A DNA stretch of 64,000 nucleotides from Azolla caroliniana. Taxonomy: Eukaryota > Plantae > Polypodiophyta. Under the pieces are notes generated by a model. It was not told the DNA's origin, did not search any database, and saw only the letters and a program-made list of their open reading frames with translations. Position 1 is the stretch's first letter. The number at the start of each line of letters is the position of its first letter. Position numbers and translations under genes: made by a program. Positions 25,070 through 37,205 of the stretch are shown here, piece by piece. The stretch spans positions 6,510,001-6,574,000 of the forward strand of contig JBHGNT010000020.1 in NCBI GenBank assembly GCA_043228905.1, read 5' to 3'.

Positions 25070-26882
25070 TCGAAGGAATACTTCTACATTGCTAATGGTC
25101 TGCTCAACCATAATGGGAAGGTTTGTGTTCCAGATTTACCTGAGGTTGAAGAGAGAATTCTTTTTGAATGCCATGATGCACCCTCAGCAGGGCACCCTGG
25201 AATACATCATAGACTCGTTCTCATCTCCACTCAATTCTATTGGCCTAAGATGTGTCCTGACATACATAGCTATGTGACTAAATGTCACCAATGTCAGGTT
25301 AACAAAGTCGAGCAACTTAAAGCCGTAGGCCTTTTACATCCCTTGGATATTCCCAATAATAAGTGGGAAAGTATATCCATGGAATTTATTGTTAGCCTTC
25401 CTCGTACCCAAAAAGGCCATGGTGTCATCTAGGTTGTGGTTGATAGACTAACTAAAATGGCCATATTTATTACTACTAAAACCACGATAACAGCTTCTGA
25501 ATTGGCTTACCAATTCATTGACAAGTTATTTTGTTTTTATGGGTTACCAATGGATATCGTGAGTGATCGAGATCCAAAGTTTACTAGTGACTTTTGGACG
25601 CAAGTCTTTCAGAAGTTAGAAACTATGTTGAGCATGAGCTCCACGGATCATCCTCAATCCAGTGGACAGACAGAACGAGTAAATCAAATTATTGAGGACA
25701 TACTTTGAGCATATGTTGGTGCAAAACCAACAAAATGGGAACGTTATCTCCCAAATTTGGAGTTTGCTTATAACAACTCCAAGCATACATCGACGGGATA
25801 TAGTCCTTTTATGTTGATGTATGGTTTTCAGCCATGAGCCCCGATTGATGTTAATATATATCATGATGAGTTGCGAAGTACGCAAAACTTTCTTCGAGAT
25901 ATGCAGGATATGTTGCATATTGCACGAGATAATATAAAAACACCTCAAGATAGAACGTGTTTTTACGCCGATCATAACAGGCAACCTCATGTATTCAACC
26001 CTGGACAGAAGGTACTTTTACATGTACCTCACAATTCTAAGACATTGTCTATGGGTAAGTGCGCTAAGTTAGCCCCATGGTTTTGTGGACCTTTTCAAGT
26101 CCTCAAACGCATTGGTTCATCAGCCTATTGTCTCGCTCTTCCTGATGGCGTTGAAATTCATCCAGTTTTTCATGTAAGTCGTCTAAAAGAACTTCTCGGT
26201 TCTAGCGACAATATAATTACAACTGAAACTTTGGTTACTTCTAAAGAATTATCTTCTAAACCACATGTACCAGAAAGAATTCTCGATGTTAAAACAAAAA
26301 ATCTGCGTTCCGAGAATTTAAAATTAAATTGATGGATAAATCTATCAAAGATGCCACATAGGAACGCGAAAATACTCTTAGACCTAACTTCCCTAACTTT
26401 CCATTGCAAGAGTGCCATGTTTTAAAGAGGGGGGGTATGTTACGGGGATGACCATATAATATCTCGTGGTGTGAATTTACCATAGTATTCTATACACGTG
26501 GATAAGTGTGAGGGTTAAACGAGAGTGTAAAGAAGGGGAGGATTACTTTTGATCCTCAGAATTGAGACAACCCATTAGGCCAAGTGTGAACTTGCCTGGG
26601 GGCCTTGGGTCTCGCTATAAATATGAGGCCTAGCTACCCTCATTTCATCATCTCTTGAGGCTCTGTTTTGTGGTGGATCAACTCTTCTAGTGAGCGTGCC
26701 AACACCAGTTACGACTCGACGCCACGGTGGTGGTATGGGACCCCTATCGAGGCTCGAGTCCGTCTCCATCCCTTCGCTCGAGGGTGGTCAAGTGGATCGG
26801 CACCCATCTTTCTCTCTCTCCTTTCTTATTTCATATATCTTATATCCTTATCATATGCTTACATTAGATCATCACTCTAACA
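25070..26882 (+). mobile_element. 3' fragment of a Ty3/Gypsy chromovirus-type element
   Basis: Integrase HHCC (ECHD..GHPG...CHQC), core (SDRDPKFTS, GQTERVNQ), GPF motif, HPVFHVS, decayed chromodomain (VPERILD). PPT aagaggggggg. LTR 26438-26882 (TGTTA...TAACA). Confidence 0.9.
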
Positions 26883-29800
26883 GAAGCTAGGGTAGCTGTT
26901 TCTTAAGGTTTTATTTTCTTCTTCTTCATGAAATTTAAGAATGTTAGTTGATGGTTTATTTCTGAAAAATTACCACTGTTGTAATCATTTACCCCAAAAA
27001 CTTGTAATCCCTATTTTGTAAAGGGAATTTCTTTCTTAATCCAGTATTTTCAAGCTTAATATTGTGAAATATTTTCCTAATTACATGTTCTCTAAGGTAA
27101 TTGCATATTCCATTCATAATATTACTTGTTAATCATTGCTCGGTTTGCTATCTTACCTTTGCCTCTAATTTACTTTCGACTCTACATAGCCTTCGAAGTT
27201 GCCTTCCCTTCGACTTTGCAAAGCCTTCAACTCTGACTTATCTTTGACCTTGAGGAATGTTCAACTCTCAAGAGTCGTCCACTCTGAGGAACATTCAACT
27301 ATGAGGATCCTTCGACTTTGAGGAGCCTTCGACTCACGAGAGCCCTTCACTCCTAGGAGATGTCAACTCTGACAATCTTTGGACTCTAAGGAGCCTTTGA
27401 GTCCTAGGAGCTTTCGACTATGACAATCTTTCGACTCTGACAAACTTTTGACTCCTAGGAGCTTTCGACTCTAACAATCTTTCGACACTGACGACCCTTT
27501 GAGTCACTCATCCTCTCTGGTTCAAGTCCTCATTAGTTCCACTCAAGTAGCACACGTACGCGCCTAACTTCACAACATAAATTTAGTGAACCCGATGTGA
27601 AAGAGCGGTAGGGGAGGATGGCTACACTAAATAAAGATTTCGTGATGATGATGTCAAGAATGATGATAAGAGTAATGGAAGAAAGAGAAAAACGAGAAGC
27701 TGCTTAGCATGTCGTCAAGAGTGTGGTGGAAAACGTTCGTCGTTTTAACGAGGACAACATCCCATATTTTTTAAGAGCCTACAATACCGAAATGAATCGG
27801 AGATATGTGAATGAGGCAATGAGGCTCTAATGTTTTTGTTAGGTGGTGGTCGTGGCGAGATATGAAGAGGTTAAGAAGCTTACGACTCATGGGAATCCTA
27901 CAAGTGTTACTATAGATACATATGATTACAAAGAGGCATGGGAAAGAAGTAGATACAAATTCGACATATGGGTAGTATGAAGAAGACCCACCAAAGTGCC
28001 ACACATGCATTTCAAGTGTTCAAGCGTCATTTTGCTCAACCTTTGGATCCCGATCAAAGATTGGTGGGAGTGGACAAAATGCTAATGTTTTTAAAGTCCA
28101 TCTATTGGGATGAAAGGATGAAGCTTGGTATACTATTAATGGCGCTAATGGATTAATCGAGAACTAGGATGATATTAGACGAACTTGTCAACAATATGAC
28201 AAGTAAAGAAGAGTATGTCAAAGGAATGAGGGTCAAATTCGGATTTGGAAAAATATATCAAGAATGCCTATGAGAGCCTAAAAGAGAAGATCGCTGAGTT
28301 GGACAAGCTAGAAGAAAGGGAGAAAGAAACAGAAAAGGGTGTATATGAGACATCTAATTATGCTAAGGAAGCATCATTGTAAGAGGCACTTACAAGTACT
28401 AAAGTGGAATGTGGGGTTGGTCCAAACGATGGATTGAGCGCTCTCTCCGAAGCTTCGATCACAAGCCTCGCTGAATTTAAAGATGAGATAACATGAATTA
28501 CAAAGGACAGTCCAGAGGATGCAATGAAGAGCATCTTTGAAGCTTCGTACCCTAAAATCGAATTAACAAAAATGGAGAAGGATGAGAAACTTAGATGTAG
28601 TCCAGACGATGAGACAAATACCATCTCTGAAGCTTCGCATTTAAATGCAAATTTACTTACCTACCCATGTGAAGAAGTCGAAGGCAAGGAAGTTCAAAAC
28701 AATGGCATTATGCCTAGGAAGATACAAAAACAAGAATTCATAAAAGACTTGGGCGTTGGAAAGTTGCGACAGTTTGGTTCATGGCATGAATGAAGATCAT
28801 CATAGTTTCGGGCCCATGCCATGGGAAGACCCAAGAGAAGAATGAAAACAATGTGGGAATAGACAAGGGTAGCGAAATAAGAGGGTGTGCAAGTCCAATA
28901 TCGACCAGAGGCGATGTGGTTGTCAATCATTGGGACGTTGTCGTGAAGATTTTCGGCAACGATGAGAAAATCACGTGGAAAGGAGAAAACCAAGAAGGGT
29001 TCACTTTCACGCTTCTCTCACTGTTTCTTCTCAGTGAGTTATCCCACATATATATGTGATAGAGAGATGATAGAAAGAAGAGAGAAGGAAGATATATAGA
29101 TCCAAAACCACAAAGATCTATTGATAATGAATAATCGTGATGGAAGGAAGACAGAAAGAAGATACATAAACTCAAGCCTACAAGGATAAATTGATCACTA
29201 GAAAAACGCACTACATGAATAGGCAAGAAAAACACCACAAGAAAGAGACTCCCCACCACCACCTTACTCTTCTTGCTTTATATGAAGTTCTCCTCTACTA
29301 GATAAGTTTCCCTTACTTTCTTTTCCACACTTTTTTTAGACCTTTTCCATCCCTATTCTTAGCTATGACACAACGATCGTCTAATCGTCATATCTCCCTC
29401 ATCCAAGCTCCACATTTAGAGCTTTCAAAAGCTACAGATAGCTGTCTTCATAAGCTTTCTAACCCATATTTGAACATGATATTTGGCATCCAAATGAATG
29501 AGTTATGATCGTTCGTTGTATACTGTGTTTTGGTGGCCCGCTTTTTTCTTCTTTTACTTTTCTCCACATGTTTTGCTTTTTGTTTGACTTATCCTCAAGA
29601 CCTTGGTTTGTGTTCTTGGCCTCCGGATGTGAATGCTCCATACCTTATATTTTTGTAGTGTCCAATACCTTGAATTCTAAAATCACTTTCACAATATGCA
29701 GCTAATACGACTCTCTCTATATAAATACTAACTTATCTCACATATAAATATGACTATGTATATATATGTGTGTGTGTATGTGTATTCGTTCGAACTTCTT

Positions 29801-30425
29801 TTCGGTTGACACCCACACTCATCATTATACTTTTGCACATGTAAATTCTCATACATGAGAGCTTGAATGAGTGACATGGTTATCATGCATCTCATGTAAT
29901 GTATGAGCGCCAACTGGCAAACATGTATCGCATGCATTTCATGCATTACATGCATGTCTTGCACCCTCACATGCATCATATGCATGGGGTCATCTATAAA
30001 AGTGTGGAGGAAAAAGAATCAAAGGGGGAACCTATGTATTGAACAAAAAAACTTCAAATAAAAAATCTAGTTATCTTATTGGTATGGTATCTTGTCTCTA
30101 AAAATTTGAAGTCAAGGGTTCAATCTCTATCCATAATTGGAATCTTCGTCTCTCAATCTCTCTTTATCTATCTTAAATACTTTCTCGCTAAAGCTAGTAC
30201 AACCTTCGATTCCTTCTAGTCCAGGACCCCGGTGGTCCCCCTTCATTTCGCGAACACACGAGGATTTCCTCGACAACGTTGCATCGAAACTCCAGGATTT
30301 CCCCCTGAAGCTTCACTCAAGAACTTTCCTTTGCCGATTATTCTTTTCTTCTTGTTCTTCTTCTTCTCCTCGACACACTGGTTGTCTTAGGGTTTTATTT
30401 CCTTCTTCTTCATGAAATTTAGGGT
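26883..30425 (+). mobile_element. Old non-autonomous (LARD-like) relative of the tRNA-Trp-primed Gypsy family
   Basis: 5' LTR remnant ends cttcacaaca at 27577. PBS tagtgaacccgatgtga at 27584-27600. Gag remnant (RRFNEDNIPYFLRAYNTEM) resembles F Gag GRFDGKDATKYLASYGAEM. 3' LTR starts tgtcgtgaag at 28939. 30385-30421 matches 26901-26937. Confidence 0.7.
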
Positions 30426-32331
30426 TGTCAAAGTTAATATGCGGACGGTTTGACAAACCGGTTTAAATCCGGATAGCAACAGAAAACAGAGACCAAGTTT
30501 AATGGAAGATTTAATCACAGAGACAGAAAGAGCAGAACAACATAAATTCAATTCAAAATAATAATGCTTTGTCCATAGATTGTGCTCAAAGAGCACTTTT
30601 ATACAAGTCCTTACACGGACTGACAGAAGTACTGACAAGTACTTCAATGCTCATACAAGCGACTGATACTGACTCCTAAAAATATGCTTGCGTACTAGGC
30701 TAGATTCGTAGGCCTCTAACGGCCTACCGGTTCCAATCCGATCCGGCTCTCCAAAATCGGCTCTTGGTTCCGAATACCATCCTGAAACTGATCTAGTTCT
30801 TCATTCCGCACTCCAATCCGGCTCTGGCTTGTTCAACCAATCTGGATCCGGATGAGCTTGTCCACTCAACACTCCCCCTCAAGCTCAACTTGAGGTCGGA
30901 TCGGAGTGTCTGTCTCTATGGTAGCCGGGTTCCACCTGGCGTCCTCCCGCCTGACTCATGCTCCTCGTGCGGTTCGGTTCTGCTTTCCTCGACCAGTCTA
31001 GTTCCACACTCCTCGACTTTCTTGGTTGGCTTGTCTACTCATAAGGACCTTCTCAACTTCTTCGCTTTTACGACTCCGACACGTCTCGACCCGTCGGTTC
31101 CTTTGTGTCGATGTCGATTTCCGCAGCCTCCTCACCCATTTGGTCTTTTGTTGATTCATCTCCTCCGAATCAAAGTTCTCTTCAGAATTAGTTGCCACTG
31201 ATTCGTTCTAGCTCTTGTCTGAATTGGTTGTCTCCAATTCGTCATCAGTCTTCAGGACCTTCACCAGATCGGACCATGTCCGGGTCTTGGCCTTCTTGTT
31301 CCGGTCGGCTCTGTCCTTCTTGACTCTGCGCCATTGCCGCTTGTTCCAACCTCATCAAATGTGCAGACTTCTTCAGTTGACTCGGTTGCCTTTCTCTTCT
31401 TGTCTCCCCCTGTTTTCTCGGTTTCCGTTTCGATTCTCCCCATATAAGTCCCGCTTCTCCCCCTCAAGAGCGGCATGTCAAGATGCTGAAGACCAAGCAT
31501 CTCCGAAAAATGTTGCAACTTGTCGGTCCCAAGGGCCTTCGTGAAGATGTCGACAACCTGCCGATCCATTCGGACATATTAGAGTTCTACTTAACCGCTG
31601 AGGACCCACTCGTGCACAAAGTGATAATGCACTTCTATGTGCTTCATCCGATCATGGAACACATGGTTCTTGGCTAGCTGTATGCTGCTCATGTTGTCGC
31701 AGTAGATCGGGATAGGAGTCGGTACTTCGATCCGGAGGTCTTGCAACAGCCGTTGAAGCCAAATGGCTTCACAGGTGGCCACAATAGCACCCTAATATTC
31801 AGCCTCAGTGCTCGACAGAGCCACAATTGGCTTCTTTTTGCTGTTCCACGCAATAGTCGCGCTACCCAGAAAGAAAGAAAGAAAGAAAGATATATTAACG
31901 TCTTCTAAGGCCAAATTTGGCCCATGAGACAATTGGTTTACAACAAAAGAGTTTTTATCCAGTCATCATAACTAAAATAAAATAAAATAAAGTAAAAAAT
32001 AGAACTTAAACTAAAAGAGTTCTAGTAGTGTACAATATGTAGTATACTTGAAAGTGACTATACACTAAGCCTAATTTTATTTCCACCCAAGCCTCTCGAA
32101 AAGAAGTGGGGGGTCAAAGGGTCTTGATGTGGGTTCCAGTGTAGAGAGTGCCCTAGCCATGGCTTCTAGGCGGTGTAGCTCACGTTCCCTTATTTTCAAT
32201 ATTGCTTCCACATCACGTCGAGTTGCTTTGAAACCCGGCACCCGAGGACGTCTGGTTCTTCTCTGGTTTTCTGCCTCATCAATGGAAAGGCCGAGTGGTG
32301 CAAGTGTGTCGGCATTCGTTGTCTCCTCAGG

Positions 32332-35300
32332 TTACTGAAAAACTTCATTTGTTACATGTTCGTGATCATTAGCAACATTATTGTCAACATTTTGTAACTT
32401 ATTCTCTCTGTGTTGTTTTAGCTCTAGAATGTATTTACCTAATTTCTTTATATCTAGAGTATCTAATAGTTTGGGGAGGGTGGGAGACGGACCAAGTATG
32501 TCTTGGTATTTTGCCCTTATCTCGGCATAGGTTGGACACTTGCATGTAAAGTGGTACTCATCCTCTATCTCTATGTGACATAACCTACATATCCTTTCCT
32601 CCCTAGGGACTCCACTAGTACGGCCATTCTCAATCTCAAGTTGGTGAGATGATATTCTAAGTTGTCCAATGGCAACCCTTAGTGCATGTGGTAAGAATAC
32701 ATCTAGATATTTTGGTCGCGTGATAAAACCTAACTCAGAGAAGTGCATGAAGTGTTTCTTATAGTACAACATTTTAGATGGGAGTGGCTCTAGTGGGGTG
32801 ATCCATTTACACCGAGTGTAAATTTGCCATATTTCTTGGCGTATTACTTTATTGCGGTCCTCATGAGAGATTAAGGTGTTATCACTCGTGTGGTTGTACC
32901 TAAGGGGAGGTAGGTTATTAATGTCTAGACCATTCGCAAGAAGCCAACTCACCATCATGCCATACCATGAGCTAGTATAGCCGGACTCATACAATGATCG
33001 AGAGGCCTTAAAGGCTTGATGAGATATTCTATCATGTGGTTGGCTATGTATCCTATCAATGAAGACTACAAGTTGAAAAAGTGCCTCTACTAACACTGGG
33101 GGTAACGTGAACTCGGCCCTAATAATGTCATGTGGTACAGTCGATTTGCTTCGGAGTTGGCGTGATAACATCATCACTAATGGTCTCTCTAATTGCGTCC
33201 ACATGAAAGATGGTAATCCTGGAGCCCAAACTGCTGATGCATACATGAGGGAGGGGGTCACTAATGAGTCAAAGAGCCACCCTTTAGTCCGTGGCTCTTG
33301 AAAGTGTGCTTGGTGGCATTGTCTCTCTAGGAGTGAGAGGGATGCATGTCCTCTCGTGAGTCTATCCTTCGCTGCCTGTGTCATCGAAAATTTACCTGAG
33401 CGGGCACTAAAAGTGACTCCGAGATAGACATATGATCCAACCACCTTGATTGGGCTATGGGAGATAGTTAGGTGACACTTAGCTCTAACTTGGGCCGATG
33501 TGTGGAAGATAAGGACTTTCGTTTTCCCTAGATTCACTACCAATCCTCGTTGTACACAAAAGTCATCTAAGGCATTAAGGTGCCTCTGTAGGTCGTGTTC
33601 GGATTCAGAGAGCAAAACTATGTCATCCGCATAGAGCAAGATACGAACCTGCGTATCCCCAAGGACCACTCCGGTGCCTCCCTCACGAGCAATAAAATCT
33701 GTGATCTCATCAATGTAGATCCCAAAAAGCGTCGGTGATAGGGGGCAACCTTGTTTTACACCAATAGTGCTAGTGAAACGATTAGATAGGCCACTTGGGC
33801 ATCGGACACACCCGGACACTTGTTCATATAGTGCGTAGATGGCCCATACCATATCATCTGGTATCCTTAAGCTTTTTAGTCTATCAAACAACCGCTCTCT
33901 AGGGACTGTGTCAAAGGCTTTGCGGAAGTCCACAAAACAACAATATAATTTCTTCTTGCGAGCCTTAGTTTGGTCAATTAGGCATCTAAGTGTGAAGATA
34001 TGATCAATAGTGGAGAAGGCTTGTCTAAAGCCAGCTTGTTCAGGTGCACGAAGGTTTAGGGTCTCCATATAGTCGCTAAGCTCTGCTTCCATTACTGCAC
34101 CATATAACTTAGCAAGGGTATGGCCTATCATAATGGTCCTATATGTATTTGGGTCCATGGGGTCCCCCCCTTTATGTATGGGGGCCACTGTATTCATAGT
34201 CCACTGTGGTGGAAAACCCTCCGCAAGGGCACGATTGAAGATTAGAGTTAGCAAGGGAGCTAGGCACTCTCTCGCATATATAATGTGTTCTGCTCGCAAT
34301 CCTGTGTGGTCCATGGACTTCCTATGTTGTAATTTCTTTATGACCTTCATGACCCTAGAGGTCGTGAAAAGTGTCCCCGTGGTAGGCCGGGGTGTGGAAG
34401 GCATTGGAATGGGTGGTTGGTTTGGGATTTGGTAAAGTCTCTCTGTATATGTGTGCCAAGTTTCGGATCTTCAATGGGTGTTTGTGGTCTTGGCTCCCGT
34501 AGTCTCTTCCATGCCGTGGCGCAATCGCTACTCATGAGCATATGGTAGAGTTCCCAGTATTGGGATGCCTCCCACGCTCGTCTCTTACGACGTGTCATCT
34601 TACGCATTTCTTTGCGAGCTTGTATGGAGGTAATACTACCATTGAGTTGCGATACTGTAAGTTGTCTATGTAAGTCCCTACAATCCTCGTCATACCATTT
34701 ATTTTGTGGCATTGATCCTGATCTACCTTGATTTGAGTGTTTTGTATATGGGAAACCGCTAGCTGCTGCGGAGTGAAGGATGTGTGTGAGTTTTGTACTA
34801 AGGCTTTCTAACGGTAGGGAGGGATCAAGGGAGGGGAGATGAGCCTGAACATGTTGAGAGTATATGTCAGAGAGCTCATGTGTGAAATGTATTGTGGTGT
34901 GATGGCATGGTTGACTAGACTTGGTGACCTTAGAGATATCACATTTTAGCTCGAAGTATAAGAAACTATGGTCTGCGCCAATAGGGCATGGGGCCACTCG
35001 GAAGGAGTTAATCATGTGGGTAGCTTCAGGGCGCCCTATTAGATAGTCAACTGTGCTTTCCCCTCCTCCATGTGGGAAACATGTGAGCTCTTCCGAGCCC
35101 GGCCACTTAGCTAAACCATTATATATGACCATCCGGTGCCGACTGCCAAGTTCGAGCAGATGATGGCCAAAGCTCGTGGCGTCCGCACCTTGATCCTTTG
35201 ATCTACGTGTGGTGCCTATGTCTAAAGGATCAACATTTACCATTTCTAGGTTTCTATTCATCTGAAATACTGTGCATTGTCGGGATTGGGTTCTCGCATT

Positions 35301-35807
35301 GAAGTCTCCTACAAGAAATACTTCTCCTTGGGAAGAATATCGGATTATGTCATCCGATAGGGGTTCGTATGGAGAAAGCCCATGTGGCATTCCTTCATCG
35401 ACTAATCTCGTCAAGCCACCAATATTATAACGGGATCCTTTTGGGGGAAAGTAACAAATGGCGAAAAATAGTGCATGGTCTTTGCTTGTGGAGACTTTCA
35501 CCCACATAAAACGAGCTTCTGGGTCTATCTTCATTATTTCTATCCTATTATGTACCTCTCTACGAAACAGTATCGCGACACCTCCAGATCCCCTAGTAGT
35601 GTGTCGACGAGAGGTTTGTCTAAAAGCGGACTCCCAACAGAATCCTTCGACCCGTGGGAGTCCTCTATTTGGGCTCTGATGTGTTTCTACCAAGAAAAGT
35701 ATATCAGATACCTTTAGTATCTCCTCTAGGCGGCCGGGGTGTGCCCAGAGTGCTCCATTACAATTCCATAGGGTCATCCTAAGTGCATTTTCTGTCACAT
35801 GGGCCAC
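32332..35807 (-). pseudogene. LINE-b ORF2 (AP endonuclease, RT, CCHC), one frameshift near 34400
   Basis: ORF 34347-35807 (WNCNG, LVETH, GDFNAR, STVDY, ADH) and ORF 32332-34404 (CFVDFRKAFD, LLYADD, RICRLC..EDEYHFTCKC). Confidence 0.9.
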
Positions 35808-35813
35808 ACGTCG

Positions 35814-37205
35814 TCAATTAGTAGTGCGATCATTTATGATCACTCGCCCGTCTCGGTAAAAGGCGCGATGGTCTTCTTTACGAGCTTGCATAACTCGTGG
35901 CATACAACTCTTGCGATGCTCAATTTGCATCTTAGTGAGGTCTTCATCGAGATAGATGGGGTCCCCATCCATTCCTCGAAGGATTGGCCTCTTCTTAAAG
36001 AAAGTGATTCTAGAGTCTAAGTCTTTAAATTGAAGGACTAAGGCTCTCTTCCTAGTTGTGTCACGCCCGGCCCTCCATGCTTTGGTGATAGGTAGGGCCT
36101 CTGTGTACCCTAACATTTTCCCAAGTGTTTGTGCGTCCTCATTTGGGGATGCACCTTCCTTGATGATGGGAACTCAAAGCTCCTTATGTCCAACGCTCGG
36201 CCACAACCGAGATTCTTTTCATACACAGAAAACGGGAAATAAAACAGGACAAGAAGAGGGAAAGAATACACACACACTACACAGGAGGTTTATGTGGAAA
36301 ACCCCAAACTAGGGGAAAAACCACGGCAGTCCACAGGCTGCAAACTGTCACTATGTAAGAATGTACAAAATAGTGAGTCCACGGAGGCAACGACCTCGTG
36401 CTCACGATCTTCGCCACAGGCGGCGGTTACAACAAAGGCAACGGCCTCGATCTCTCTCTCTCTCTGTGTGTACAGTTACGCACTCTGATTTCGTGCAAAA
36501 CAGAAAAAAGTGACCACAACTAAAAGTTTGCCCTAAGTCATATTTATACTAATATGAATTTTCGGCTATTTACAAATATAGCCTCGATGGGCTCTCAGAA
36601 ACATATTTACGAATATGTCTCTTCATCCGGTTCTCACCGGGCTTGTATCATCCGGCTCTCCGTAGCCGGGTACTCCTCATCCAGTTCATACCGGGTCTGC
36701 ACCATCCGGCTCTCCGTAACCGGGTACTCTTCATCAGGTTCTCACCGGGCCTGTACCGTCCGGTTCTCCGTAACAGGGTACTCCTCATCGGGTTCATACC
36801 GGGCCTGCACCATCCGGCTCTCTCCATAGCCGGGTACTCTTCATCCGGTCTCGGCCTCGGCCTATCGGCCTCGGCCGAGTTTGTTCATCGACACTGTTCT
36901 TCTCGCTTCCCATCCGGAGGGACCTGTCTCCCAACACTTGAGCCCAGTGACACGTACATTTAAGCGTCGGGCCTGACACATTTTCTCTTCTTCAAGGGTG
37001 GTATTAACAATATTTTCATCTTTTATTTCTTTTTTAATGTTTCTTTTAACTACATCTACCCAACCCGTTTTAGCTAACTCTATGTTATTATTAACTTCCT
37101 CTTTAACTTTTTTAATTTCGTCCTTTATATCCTCTATAGAGGATATTTCACTGTCTTCTCGAGATACCTCGATGTACTTAAGTTGTTTTTTAAGGTCGAT
37201 GTTTT
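35814..37205 (-). pseudogene. LINE-b ORF1, split by a solo LTR and 5'-truncated
   Basis: Removing 36164-36936 plus one TSD restores ...RVTGLKEGASPNEDAQTLGKMLGYTEALP... in frame. Confidence 0.85.
36164..36936 (-). mobile_element. Solo LTR of the Copia D family
   Basis: TG...CA, TSD CTTGA at 36159-36163 and 36937-36941. Homologous to the LTRs at 46408 and 58852, including the 54-bp repeats. Confidence 0.93.

Larger units (their letters stand above)
31871..37205 (-). mobile_element. Near full-length non-LTR retrotransposon (LINE-b; RTE/RTEX-like, clade inferred)
   Basis: TSD CCAGA at 31866-31870 and 37206-37210. (TTTC)n 3' tail. ORF1 coiled coil + RRLNVRVTGL...IYLDEDLT. ORF2 APE-RT-zinc finger. 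Confidence 0.93.
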
